Part shown: positions 31,544 to 46,225 of the stretch, one piece after another
How positions within the stretch are numbered: the first letter of the stretch is position 1
Layout: every line of letters starts with the position of its first letter
Assembly: GCA_964016885.1 (NCBI GenBank)
Contig: CAXHJY010000050.1
Span: 62,001 to 126,000, forward strand
DNA from: Eledone cirrhosa
Taxonomy: Eukaryota
Reading direction: 5' to 3'
DNA length: 64,000 nt
The notes under the pieces: model-generated
Told to the model about the DNA's origin: nothing
What the model saw: the letters and a program-made list of their open reading frames with translations, nothing else
Databases searched by the model: none
Position numbers and translations under genes: made by a program

Positions 31544-33442
31544 GATCACAAATCTAACTTTAACTCTAATCCTTCTATTAGACTTATATGTCCCTCCAAA
31601 TCAGATATTGGAATAATTAGCAAAAAAATTTTAGATAGAGTCATCCCACAAATAAGAAAATACGTTATTTTACCACTCTGGGAAAACACCTCCCAGGTAA
31701 TTAATTGGTTTAAAAATATTAGGTGTAAATCTTCTGCTTCTTTCCTACAATTTGATATAGATAATTACTATTCTTCTATATCACCCATACTCCTGAACAA
31801 AGCATTAATATTTGCTAAAAATAGATCTAATTTAACTTCGGATGACATTAACATTATTACACATGCTAGACAAACACTTATTGAATTTCAGAATGAATAC
31901 TGGACCAGAAACACATACATTAATCTTTTTGATATTACTATGGGTTCAAGCGATTCCGCCCAAATTACTGATCTTGTGGGCCTCTTTCTCCTTTTCAACA
32001 TAAATGCCTCTTTTCCCCACCTCAAAGGTGGTTTATATCGTGATGACTGTCTTCTTCTTTCTAACAACCTTAGCCTTTCAGAAATCGAAAAAAACAAAAA
32101 GCATATTAGAACTTTCCTTAAAGACTATTATAATCTTAATATTACTTTTGAAAAAACAAGTAAAGTAGTAAATTTCCTAGATATAACTTTAGATTTAGCT
32201 ACGGGTATATACCAACCTTACCATAAACCTAACCAAAACTTACATTACATACACTCACAATCTAATCACCCTAAATCTATCCTTAAAAACCTTGCATATA
32301 ATATATCACTTAGAATTTCTAACCTTTCTTCTAACCAAGATGTATTTGATAAAAATGCGACCTTTTATAATGAAGCTCTAGATAGAAGTGGCCACAAAAA
32401 TAGATTAGAGTATATACCTTCTACTAAAAATACTGAAAGCATACAGCATAATATTACCAACAAACACCAAATGAAAAGTACACACCTAAATGCCACCCAC
32501 AATATACCCCAAAATAATAAATCTTCTAATATAAAGTATAGTAACCCTCAAAAAACTACTCATCATACAACTATAATAAATATTAATAATAAAACTCCTA
32601 ATAAAAAAGATAAAACACCTAAATCTACAAATATAACTAAAAATAGTTGTGGTGAGATCATTAACATTAATCCTCCTAGTAAAAATCATGATACAACATA
32701 TAAAAATAATAAAAATAATAAACAACATAGAAACCGTAATAGACGAGTTACTTGGTATAATGCTCCTTTTAATTTACAAGTTAAGGATAATATTGCTAAA
32801 AAATTTTTTTATATCCTTGAGAAAAACTTCCCGCCAAACCACAAATACCATCAAATCTTAAATAGGTCTACAGTTAAATTCTCATACTCTACAACAAATA
32901 ACATAAAACAAAATATAAGTGCATATAATGCATATAAATGTAAGAAAACCATAAGTATACCACCAGTACATCAAATTAACAATAATATCTCCTCAAATAC
33001 AGAATTAACGAAAGGATGTAACTGTAGAAACAAAACAAACTGCCCATTAAAAGGGAATTGTCTTGTTAACAACATAGTCTATAAATGTAATGTTAAAACT
33101 AAAGATTCTATTTGCTCATATATAGGAGCTACCTCTAACAATTTTAAGACAAGGTATAATACCCACAAACATAGCTTTAAAAATGCCGCACTGGCTAATA
33201 CAACATCTCTAGCAGAAAAAATCAATAGTTATAAAAATAAAAATATAAAATATGATTTGACCTGGAGTGTGCTCAAAAGAGCCACCCCTTATCAAAATAA
33301 TAGAAAGGAATGTAGATTATGTTCCCAAGAACTATTTGAAATAATGAAGTCTAGGGATATCTTATTAAATAAACGACAGGAATTAATTATATCGTGTAAT
33401 CATAAACTAAAAAAAACATTTAAATATTATAAACCTAATTAA
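31544..33442 (+). CDS. PLE RT + GIY-YIG (open frame, 5'-truncated; the track ORF starts at internal Met 31940)
   Basis: In-frame upstream DHKSNF..RLICPSKSDIG..QFDIDNYYSSI..FDITMG; GLYRDDCL; CNCRNKTNCPL; IVY..YIG; CRLC. Confidence 0.9.
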   Translation, partial: DHKSNFNSNPSIRLICPSKSDIGIISKKILDRVIPQIRKYVILPLWENTSQVINWFKNIRCKSSASFLQFDIDNYYSSISPILLNKALIFAKNRSNLTSDDINIITHARQTLIEFQNEYWTRNTYINLFDITMGSSDSAQITDLVGLFLLFNINASFPHLKGGLYRDDCLLLSNNLSLSEIEKNKKHIRTFLKDYYNLNITFEKTSKVVNFLDITLDLATGIYQPYHKPNQNLHYIHSQSNHPKSILKNLAYNISLRISNLSSNQDVFDKNATFYNEALDRSGHKNRLEYIPSTKNTESIQHNITNKHQMKSTHLNATHNIPQNNKSSNIKYSNPQKTTHHTTIININNKTPNKKDKTPKSTNITKNSCGEIININPPSKNHDTTYKNNKNNKQHRNRNRRVTWYNAPFNLQVKDNIAKKFFYILEKNFPPNHKYHQILNRSTVKFSYSTTNNIKQNISAYNAYKCKKTISIPPVHQINNNISSNTELTKGCNCRNKTNCPLKGNCLVNNIVYKCNVKTKDSICSYIGATSNNFKTRYNTHKHSFKNAALANTTSLAEKINSYKNKNIKYDLTWSVLKRATPYQNNRKECRLCSQELFEIMKSRDILLNKRQELIISCNHKLKKTFKYYKPN

Positions 33443-33929
33443 TAACATTATTCTAGAAATTAATTTAATTTAAATGTTAGTTAACCTATAAATTTAATTT
33501 AATTAATATTTTATTACAGATGAGAAAATATTATGTAATCATAAATTTTGAAAAACCTTTAAATATTACTAATATATACTCAGTAATTTAATTTATAGAT
33601 TAATTTTAATTTATTTAAACCTTTTTATTATAATTTTTTTTATTATAATTTTTTTTATTATAATTCTTTTACAGATAAAATATAACAAAATAATATCATG
33701 TATCCAATGACGGAGAAAGAATTTTTAGTATTATAGACCTAATTAATATACATTTTGGAAATATATTTATTATTTGGTTTTAGTTTTAATCAACCTAAAA
33801 CTTTAATTTTAATTTGCTTAAAATTAGTATCCTTGTACAGACGAATTGCAGAATGTCATGTAATCATAGAATGGGATGTGTTTTGGATATATACCTAGTT
33901 AATATATTCTGTGCAATTTTTTGAAAAAG

Positions 33930-35200
33930 ATATGTATATGTATATGTATATGTATATGTGTGTGTTGTGTATGTGTATCTGTATGTATGTTTATGTGAGT
34001 ATATATGTATATATGTGTATATATATGTATATATATATATATATATGTGTGTATATGTATGTATATGTGTATGTGTATATATATGTATATGTATGCGTAT
34101 TAATTTTGATTTTGATTTTTATTTGCATATAATTATATTATGCTATTGATGAAATACAATATCTGCTTTATGTATTGTATACCTAATTAACATATACTAA
34201 TTAACGTATACTATTGAAATAAATATATAATTTTTAATTTAGTTAACATATAATTTATATGCTACTACCGATGTAATACTTTATTTTATTTTTATTTGGG
34301 TTTCTTTTCCCTATTACTAAATTCATCTCCTAATATTGATACCATAACGTTATTAACTTTAATTTAGTTATAATGTAATTAATAATCTACTACTGTTTGA
34401 CTTCATAATTCTGCTTCAAATATTATAAACCTAACTAATTTACACCTTAGAAATCAATATGTTGACTATCTTTGGTTTAGTTAACATATGATTAATGGTA
34501 TACTTATTTATTTTGAGATGCATAGATTTCGTATTTCCTAGCACTGAAAATATGTAAGAACATACATTGAATTAAGATACGGAAAATATTATATGTTTCT
34601 TGAAACATATATTTACTTTGATCCCCTTCTCCAAACCCCCCCTTTCCCCCATACTATTATCATCTGTATTTGTAAGCGTATATGTATGAATATATATGTA
34701 GGTGGGTGTCTATATAAGTTTTGGTATTTATTTCTAAATATAAAAATACATATATGAGCATGTAAATATGAATGTAAGATTGAGTGTGTATATATGATTG
34801 TACATACATATGTATGTATATATATGTATATATATGTATTATATATGTATGTGTATGTGAATGTGTGGTAAGTATATGTGTATGTATATGTATGTATGTG
34901 TATGTATGTGTATGCTTGTATATAGGAATATATATATGTGTATATATGTATGTATATGTATATGCGTGTATGTATGTATGTGTATATGTGTTGTGTATAT
35001 ATTTGTATGTCTCTCTATTTATATGTTTATCTTCGTATCTATGTGATATATGTGTGTGTGTGTGCACGTATGCATATGTATGTGTTTGTGTGTGTTTGTA
35101 TGTGTGTGTGTATATATGTGTATGTGTGCACACTCACATACACATATATATATATATATATGTGAGTGTGTATGTGTGTCTGTGTGTGTGTGTGTGTGTG

Positions 35201-35248
<48 letters not shown>

Positions 35249-35388
35249 GATATATATATATATATATATATGTATATAGGTGTCTATGTGTGAATATATG
35301 TCTTTATTCGTATGTGTGTATTTATGTATGTATATATTTATGTGTATGTATGTATGTGTATGTATGTATGTATATATATATATATATG

Positions 35389-35421
<33 letters not shown>

Positions 35422-35707
35422 ATATTATTCTTTATTATTATTGTAATATAACTTATGTGTATATGTGTATAAGTGAGGTTGTGTATGTATATATACTATG
35501 TGTATATATAAGAGTAATGAAATATATATATATATATATATATGTGCATGTCTGTTTTTTATGTGTGTGTATATATATATATGTATGTGTGTATATATAT
35601 ATATATATGTATGTATACGTGTGTGTATGTGGATATATATATATATATATACATGTGGGTGTTTGTATGTGTATTTATGGTGGTATGAGTGTGTGGATAT
35701 ATATGTT

Positions 35708-35738
<31 letters not shown>

Positions 35739-35745
35739 GAGTCTA

Positions 35746-35798
<53 letters not shown>

Positions 35799-36141
35799 GT
35801 ATGTGTATGTATGTGTGTGTGTATGTATATATATGTGTGTGTATGTATGTGTGTATATATATATATCTCTATTAATGCGTGTGTGTATGTATATACATAT
35901 GCGTTTTTTTATTATTATTTTCATTTGTATGTCTGAGTTTGGTGAGGTGGTTTTGTTTTTTATGTGTATACACATATATGGAAGCGTATGTATTTATTTA
36001 TATGAGTATAAGTAGGTGCATATGTATGTATGATTATATATCTAATTCTATGTATGATGGTACATCTATATATATATATATATATGTATATGCGTGTGTA
36101 TGTAAGTTGTGTGTGTATGTATCTTTATGTCTATGTGAGTG

Positions 36142-36192
<51 letters not shown>

Positions 36193-36281
36193 CGATGTGC
36201 GTATATGTATGTACATGTATATACATGTATGTGTGTATGTATGTGTATGTATATTTAGATGTATGGGTATGTATGTGTATA

Positions 36282-36338
<57 letters not shown>

Positions 36339-36580
36339 ATATATATGTATATGGATATATATCTTTATTATCTATTTTTTATATATATGTGTATGTGTGT
36401 ATGTGTTGCGCGTGTGTGTGTGTGTATATATATCTTTTTATATGTGTATGTGTATGTTCGTGTAAGTGTATGTGTGTGTATGACTGTATACGTATGTGTG
36501 TATGTGTGTATGCGTAAATATCTCTATGTGCGCGTACATGTATGTATGTGTATGTATATCTGTATGTGTATGTACATTAT
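33930..36580. repeat. Degenerate (TA/TG)n low-complexity tracts (33930-34095, 34780-36580)
   Basis: Direct reading. Confidence 0.9.
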
Positions 36581-37160
36581 ATTATATTTATTATATTTTA
36601 TTGTTTTTATTTTTTTATTTTTCTTAATTTATAGATACATTTATATTAGGCAGTCTGCTCTGACAATCTAATACTGACCCCTCCCCCCCCTCCCACCTAA
36701 TTTCTGTATCTTGATCTTGAAATGTGTGTGCCAGTGTTTTATGTGAGTGACTTAATTTCTATTTGCTTATGATTTTATATCCACATATATAAATGTGAGT
36801 GGGGGAGTGTGTGTGTTTGTATGTTCGTGGTTATGTGTATATTTATGCATATACGCGCATGTATGTGTGATTATACTGATATGTGTGAGTATGAAAAAAA
36901 TATATTTATATGCTTGACTCCATAAGTATCATTGCGCATCTTATCAGCGCATTAAGCTTACAGAGATATTAACCTTGAAATTTTGTGTTTACATCCATCT
37001 TTTTAGTATGCACATACAAATTATACACACATTATTGTAAAATATGTGTAAGGATTTTACATGTATATACACACACCAAACTGCTTTTAACCCTTTGTGT
37101 TTTCATTGGTCAATTTTGAACTGATATTTTGAATTGTTGTTATTATCAATAAATATACTT

Positions 37161-37311
37161 CATTATTTCTGAAGACGGCGTATATATGTGTTAGGTATGT
37201 ATATTTAATCTTGATAATTTGTATAATTTTGTATAATTTTGTACATAGATCTGTTGAATATGCATACCAATTATAACACATATATACCCTAGAAACGATC
37301 GTTAAATAGTG
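37161..37311 (+). ncRNA. Type I hammerhead with ~115-nt helix II
   Basis: CAUUAUUU-CUGAAGA-..GUAUAUAUGUGUUA..UAACACAUAUAUAC..-GAAA-CGAUCG-UU^AAAUAGUG. Confidence 0.8.
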
Positions 37312-37498
37312 AACTTTTTTTGTTTAATATAAGGAATTGTTTGTTCATTATTTGTTTAATATTTTATCTTGACTCTGTATACCGTTTATCTTTCACCGAA
37401 AGTGGATTTTCATTACATCTCTTCTTTCCATGATATCCGGAATACATTGAGTTCTTCATACGGATTGGACACTACCGTAAACTCTTGGTAGATTTATC

Positions 37499-37559
<61 letters not shown>

Positions 37560-37660
37560 ATATATATTTTGAGTATATGTTGGTTGTATACCAACACCTC
37601 AGTATGCAGATTGGAGCACTCGACGAGTGCGCAGGTTGGTTTCGTTACTCCGGAGTAATG

Positions 37661-38346
<686 letters not shown>

Positions 38347-38451
38347 TATATATATATATGAAAGTCGATTGACTTTCGTCAAATCGGACCGAGGAAACAA
38401 TGTTTCCATTGGTCTTTCCAATTGTTAATACTATCTATCATTCGCAACCCC

Positions 38452-38757
<306 letters not shown>

Positions 38758-39370
38758 TTAAAACAATGAAATAAAAATCAAGTCATTAGAAATATACTTC
38801 ACTGCTTTACAATCGTTTCTAGGTGATAATATTACATCGTAACTATACTTCGTTATCGATCTATGTAAGGTTAGTTACAAAATATCAGATAAGGAGAATA
38901 TTTACTTACATGCATATCACCAGCTGTTGTCAAAATGACTTGATTGTTTATTCCATTGTTTTAACTTATATCATGACTCTGTTTTCCTTTTAATATTTTA
39001 TTGTTTTCCGGGATTTATTTTAACCTACAACATTTTCAACATATGGATTACATTGAGTTCTTCATGCAGACTAGACCCCACAACTTACCGTGGATACTCT
39101 CTCGTTCACGATTTCACCGAACTTATATTCATGGAAATTTGGGACTTGACTCGTTCTTCCTCACTTTTCGTTGCTTCACCATCTTTGTTTGTTTACACTC
39201 TCGTGTCCCCTTTATTTACGTGTCCCAACGACTTTTTTTAGCCGTTGCTCGCACCAACCGGAGGTATATGGTCTTTAAAGCGATGAAATACCAATGATGG
39301 TTGGAAGATCACTGATGAAGGACTAACTTTATTTATATGTATCCCATTTGCAACCACGCAGCACGTTTAT

Positions 39371-39462
<92 letters not shown>

Positions 39463-39467
<5 letters not shown>

Positions 39468-39657
39468 TAAACGGAATAGAAAATGCTGACAAATTGTTCA
39501 CAGTTGAACAATGGTTTAATTAGGAATAAAAGAGTATTAGTAATTGTATGGTTTAGTATTCAGTTGTGGTTTTAAGTTTTTAAGTTTTTACCGGTTGCGC
39601 ATTTCTAAATGCTTTTCAAAAATAATTTTGAGATAGAGTGTCCGTGTTGTTTGTTCT
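39463..39657 (-). mobile_element. Non-coding repeat (also 48693-49097) with HHR-like fold at 39586-39622
   Basis: Near-identical to 48698-48890. Confidence 0.75.
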
Positions 39658-39731
39658 ATATATATAAATGAAGTAATTCCGTCGGAAAAGTTGTTTTTAA
39701 AATCCAAATTCAATAAACAGACCAGGATTTT

Positions 39732-39790
39732 TTCATTCTGAGGATTGAAAGCAAAATCTTTTGCTTTTAAGAAACCACTGGTAAATAGAA
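39732..39790 (+). ncRNA. Type I hammerhead
   Basis: AUU-CUGAGGA-UUGAAAGCAAAA UC UUUUGCUUUUAA-GAAA-CCACUGG-UA^AAU; helix I is short. Confidence 0.7.
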
Positions 39791-39832
39791 TAATTGCCTT
39801 ATGTTGTTTATTACATAACTATATATATATAT

Positions 39833-40197
<365 letters not shown>

Positions 40198-40202
40198 ATA
40201 CA

Positions 40203-40258
<56 letters not shown>

Positions 40259-40745
40259 TGTATGTATATGATGCCGGCAAGCATGTGTCTGTAAATATGT
40301 GTTTTATTGTATAATATGCACATTTTTATATGTCTAATATACTTTGAAACAATACAGATAGGGTTCAGAAAAAAAAAGTGATTATAATTGTTTTCTAAAC
40401 AAGAAATATTCTTAGAAAATTGATTTATAAACATTACTAATGAGACATTGCTTCATTTTGACTGCCACATTGTCTTTCTTGCTCACATCTATTTCATCTA
40501 ATTCAGTAAAGCGCTATGCCTAATTAAGAATCCTTATGTTGATCTGTAAATCAAATTGGGATGTTTTGGCACCAGATACAGCCGCACCAGACACCTTTGT
40601 GTTTAAGGGGTAACAACATCCGTTCATGTAATCACAAACGCATTTCTGTTTTTGTTTTCGTACATTTTCCATTCTTCTAGATTATTTTGTATAACTTATA
40701 TATTTTAGGGATAAATCATTCTATTCTATTAAACAAACAATCTAT

Positions 40746-40945
40746 GGCACTGAATTGAATTGGCAGTATCGGTAGAGCTTCAGACACCATGCTTTACAGT
40801 ATAAAGTTATGGCCCTTTACGTTCTGAGTTCAAATCCCGCCGAGGTTAACTTTGCTTTTCATCCTTACGGGGTCGATAACATAAAGTAAAGTACCAGTAA
40901 TGATCTGGGATAATTGCTGACATTGTGCCAAAAGTAGAAACAATT
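40746..40945 (+). mobile_element. tRNA-derived SINE (Meta-core-like)
   Basis: Family match to 26459-26646. Confidence 0.85.
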
Positions 40946-41039
40946 ATATAAATAAATGCAATATTATACACAAAACGCCAGCACCAACAGTTTTGCAAGC
41001 GATGTCAACATGAATGGACCTGTTATATTTATCTAAAGA

Positions 41040-41222
41040 CATTTTTTCCAATTCCAACCCACCCGTCCCCTCAATCATCTTATTTCTCGTTCTTTCTTCT
41101 GATGAAGGACTAGCGTCGGAAACGTTAAGACCCTGTTGCTGCTATATCAAGCGTTAACCTAATATATCCCTTCCATATACTGTACCGATTGTATTGTTAT
41201 TTCTGTTTACCTTTTACATACA
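41040..41222 (+). mobile_element. ~180-bp repeat with minimal HHR at 41095-41130 (second copy 41912-42092, HHR 41965-42000)
   Basis: UCUU-CUGAUGA-AGGAC UAGC GUCG-GAAA-CG-UU^AAGA; second copy has GGAC/GUCC helix but G12A. Confidence 0.72.
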
Positions 41223-41254
41223 TATATATACATAGAAAGTAGTTCGAAAACAAG

Positions 41255-41406
41255 TTAGCAAACCATACTCAAGGACGCGCGTTTCATCCAATGGATTGTC
41301 AACTCGAGTGACGTTGTGCTGAAAATGGAAGTGTATATTCAACTCAACCTCACTCGAGTTGAGAATCCGTTGGGTGAAACGCGTGTCCTTGAGTATGGTT
41401 TGCTAA
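41255..41406. mobile_element. Inverted pair of U3-A8 minimal hammerheads (41267-41309 -, 41352-41394 +)
   Basis: ACUCGAG-UUGA(C/G)AA-UCC..U-GAAA-CGCG(C/U)G-UC^CUUGAGU. Confidence 0.75.
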
Positions 41407-41475
41407 TTTGTGTGGAACTAACATTCTACTGAACTCGTCCTATGGAATAAGTACTACGGATATAACCTCCCGTTG

Positions 41476-41551
<76 letters not shown>

Positions 41552-41619
41552 CACACACACCAACACATGTATATATATATATATATATATGATAAAATAA
41601 TAAAACACAACTCACAAAA

Positions 41620-41828
41620 CAAGATGGTGTAGGGCAGAACAAAGGAGGGACACAAAATAACAAATCAGTCACTAAGGAGGTCACAGAATGTATGACGAAA
41701 GAGTTTTGACAATAAATAAACAAGTATGCGGTTACTGAACCAACCAACCGGAAATTTGTAATAAATTGAAGTGAAAACAAACAGGTGCGTGTGTTTTTAT
41801 TGGCAGCATGACCCTCCCAAAGTATAAC
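41620..41828 (+). mobile_element. Repeat family (also 42480-42698; termini at 25210-25320, 42375-42478, 50213-50235) with decayed HHR at 41668-41710 / 42526-42568
   Basis: Shared terminus CATGACCCTCCCAAAGTATAAC; two-copy consensus GUCA-CUGAGGA-GGUCACA..UGUGAC-GAAA..UU-UGAC. Confidence 0.6.
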
Positions 41829-42091
41829 AACAACACACACACACACACATATATGTATGTATTTAATAAAATGATACAAAAGTAACTTAGGAAAGCTTAC
41901 GACTTAATGAAGAATTTTTTCCAATTCCATCCCACCCCCTCAATCTATTTTATTTCTCATTCTTTCTTCTGATGAAGGACTAACGTCCAAAACGTTAAGA
42001 CCCTCTTCCTGCTATATCAAGTGTTAAACTAATATATACCTTCCATATACTGTACCGATTGTATTGTTATTTCTGTTTAACTTTTACATAC

Positions 42092-42325
<234 letters not shown>

Positions 42326-42695
42326 CATATATATATACATATACATATATATATATACTTTTCAGACAACTTCAAAAACGAAATATATATATATTACGTT
42401 TTTGAATTTGTTTTGCAAGATTTCTTATCTGAAAACATGTGCTGAAACAGATACTGTTATACTTTGGGAGGGTCATAACCATCTTGGTGTAGGACAGAAC
42501 AATGGAGAGACAAAATAAAAACTCAGTGACTGCGGAGGTCACAGAATGTGTGACGAAACAGCTTTGACAATATATAAACAGCCATCCTGTTATTGAACCA
42601 ACCAACCAACCAAACAGAAATTTATAATACATTGAAGTGAAAACCAACAGGTGCCAGGTGCGTGTGATTTTATTGGGAGCATGACCCTCCCAAAG

Positions 42696-42780
<85 letters not shown>

Positions 42781-43651
42781 TCGCTCTGATCGATCGATAA
42801 GATCCCAGACCCCATTCGCTTGCCGAGTGGGATGGACCTCGTCAAATCGGACCAAAGTAACAATGTTTCTATTAATCTTTCCATTGCTGATACTATTTAT
42901 CAGTCGCAACTCCTCACAGAAGATAAATATAATTATTTACTAACACCACCACAACATCTCAATTTTACAGTTTATCTCCAGTTACACAGTGTAAACAACA
43001 TTTGCTCTCTACACGAACTTAAACAACTAAAACAAATTTCACAAACACTAAGACGTGAACAATGAATACTGCCGTATGCGTGTAGTTTACACATCTTGTG
43101 TGCGTGGCCTACACATCTTGTGTGTATGGTTTACACAGCTTTACTTCTGTCTCTCCTTGTTCGCCCATTTATTCCTGCAATGGTCGTGTGAGCGGAGTCC
43201 TCCAACCCACCTTCCAGTGAGCTTGTCCTGTCAGAAGCAACCGTCTCTAATTGATCCGGCTAGATTCCCCCAGGCGAGACCAACAACATAAACTTCACTT
43301 AAACGGAGTTCTGTTAGTCAATCTTGCCAGGATTTAAGTATTTATGTGAGAAGGAATCTTCCAGTTCTTGTAAGTATGTTTCATTGAAATTTTACTTTAA
43401 TTGTTTAACATTCAAAACTACTATCGGTATCCACATATATGAGGGTGAGCTGAAACGTTCAGAGGCTGATTATGAAGGAGTGATGCTAGAGCTGTGAAAT
43501 TCTGCATGCATTAATTTCAGCTCTTCTTATCATATATACAAGGTTTCGCCCAAAAATGTAAACACAAAGGCTGTGCATTTTAATAAATATTGCCCGAACA
43601 GGTAATCAAATTGTGTATACGTTTTTTGGGGAAACCTTATATATCTATATT

Positions 43652-43732
<81 letters not shown>

Positions 43733-43736
43733 GTAT

Positions 43737-43834
<98 letters not shown>

Positions 43835-43981
43835 CTGCGCTTTCTAGCAACAAGCCTTCCCGCCGTAAGCAACCAATCACATTCTTTCTAACTTGACCAC
43901 TGCCACATTGCGATTCTTAGCAATTTTTGAATCTAATTTTGGCGCGATCACTTTGGAAAACTAAATGTCTAATTTTGAGTT

Positions 43982-44061
43982 TGTCTCCTGATGAATCCTA
44001 ACTCTGTATATTTCCTATTAATTGGATATCTAAAGATACGGATGAAACCATGGTAGAGATA
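43982..44061 (+). ncRNA. Type I hammerhead, palindromic helix III
   Basis: UGUCUC-CUGAUGA-AUCC..GGAU-GAAA-CCAUGG-UA^GAGAUA. Confidence 0.82.
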
Positions 44062-45021
44062 TAATTACGGTATGTACACATTTCTTCTAAGTTTGAATTT
44101 ACACCTAATTGTGTATGGTTGATGGTATATTTAGTCAGTTTCTACATGCTGTCGAAATGTTGGATAAATACTCTATTGGGGCCACCGCGAAGAGGCCAGT
44201 TTCGGTTATTTGTCGGAGATTTCTTCATAAGAGCCTTTATTCTTATAGCTTGGTCTAATTGATTTTTATATGGTTAATTATGCTGATTGGGAGAGGAAAT
44301 GGTATATATTTTATCTAATAATTCTTAAGACATGATTTATGATATATATATACACACAAGCATCGGAATTAGAGTATTCTGCAGTTCACAGCAATAACCA
44401 TATTAGCTCAAAGAAGAACAGAGAACTTTCAACTGAGCCCGAATACAAATATATTACACAGAGAGAAGTGTGTTACACAGTGAGATGTGTGTAAAGAATT
44501 ATTACATGTGAGTTTTACCGTTTCTGTATGGAAAACAACACATACAGCTTAGCAATTAAATAGAAAGAACACTAAGTCAGAATCAAATCTCCGAAGTAGA
44601 GTTTAACTCTTGTATATATATATATATATATGTTACTTTCATTTGTATTACTATCTCCTAGACCTAATGATTAATTGATTAATTTAATTTGACAATTCCA
44701 TTGATTGGTTAATTATTTAAGTTTGTTTAATAACGGTCTGGTTGAGTGTTTAATTCAGCTTGTGTATGGAATTTTTTCCATTGCTGATAATTTGAATTTG
44801 ACCGCCATAAATCGGCGTTACCTCCCTTTGGAGTAACATGTGCTATCACAGCGGGATTTGGGTTAGAACGAAAGCCTCTTGAGAAAGCAAGTCCTCTGTT
44901 CGATCTTCCAGAAACCTAACTTGTATAAGCAGATTTTGTTGATTTCGGATTTACAGAAACCTCCCTTAGATAGTCAATAATTTCGAAGTGATGGTCCAGG
45001 TATGTTATATATACAGATATG

Positions 45022-45106
<85 letters not shown>

Positions 45107-45315
45107 ATGTATGTGTATGTATTTTTTCTCACTAGTCAGTTCTTTCGTTACTACAGATCACGCAGCTGAATTAGCGGTCGCTATCTTCAATTTGCAAAGC
45201 CCTTTAAACTGTACGTTATTACTCTGAGGCCTATACCTTGTCGAGTGCTTGGCTGCACTGCTGAAGGCATTCGTTGGCTTAGCTGCTGCTTGAACTTCGA
45301 ATATGCTGTACTTTC

Positions 45316-45392
<77 letters not shown>

Positions 45393-45649
45393 TACAAGAA
45401 GTTTTGATTTCGAAGCTTCATTTGAGTGAGGCTTCATGTGACATCTGGTTACACGCCTTGGTCTTGGTCGGAGATATACAGTTGTGTTGTTAATTCTTTC
45501 AAATTGGTCTACCATAAAATCTCCGTGACCATCAACATCAAATAGTGGATGAATTGTCTTTCATTGCCAAGGGTGTGGTGATTTTTTAGAAATAACTCGA
45601 TCGAAAGTTGGATCTATAGTACATCCGATAACAGCCATTTGACACCACT

Positions 45650-45910
45650 CCAGAAATGCCGCAGCGGAGGCCAAACTCTCCAAATACCGGTCGCTCTCCG
45701 ATAGGTTTGTGGTCGTGCCCTTGGCGGTGGAGATTTCTGGTGTCCTCGGCCCTAGGGCTACTTCCCTACTCACCACCTGGCCAGCCGCAGGTGTGAGCCT
45801 CGCGAGTTTGAATGGCTTTTCCAGCGCGTCTCCCTTGTCGTCCTCCGGGGAAACGCCTTCTCCATTCTGTCCGCTGGGGCTGTGGAGAGGCCATCAATAT
45901 GATTGACTGA
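45650..45910 (+). pseudogene. CRE-clade non-LTR retrotransposon 3' fragment (RLE C-terminus)
   Basis: AAAEAKLSKY..FVVVPLAVEISGVLGP.A..LL, then in another frame EWLFQRVSLVVLRGNAFSIL. Confidence 0.72.
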
Positions 45911-46058
45911 CTTGACATAGAGTAGAAACAGAAGACATTGGTCAGTTCACTCATTTGTTTTTATGTTATATGTACATGAACGGAAGCATGAAGAACAATT
46001 TGGTTGGTCTTTTTATTAATCCCTAACATATCGATAAACCTGTATTATTTGCCTGTAA

Positions 46059-46225
46059 GGCGGTAGAGGATCGGACATGATTTCCAGCATAGTTATATCC
46101 CTTTACGATATGAGTTCAAATCCCGCTAAGATTAACTTTGCCTTTCATCCTTACGGGGTCGATAGAGTAAAGTACCAGTAATACACTGGGATAATTGCTG
46201 GTCTTGTGCCAAAAGTAGAAACAAT
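46059..46225 (+). mobile_element. tRNA-derived SINE with candidate TSD TTTGCCTGTA
   Basis: Family match; 10-bp direct repeat at 46048-46057 and 46228-46237. Confidence 0.8.

Larger units (their letters stand above)
31542..37500 (+). mobile_element. 5'-truncated Naiad-type PLE with long microsatellite-rich 3' UTR and terminal HHR
   Basis: Uninterrupted ORF, same-strand HHR at 37161, then (TA)n; continuity of the UTR is inferred. Confidence 0.75.
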
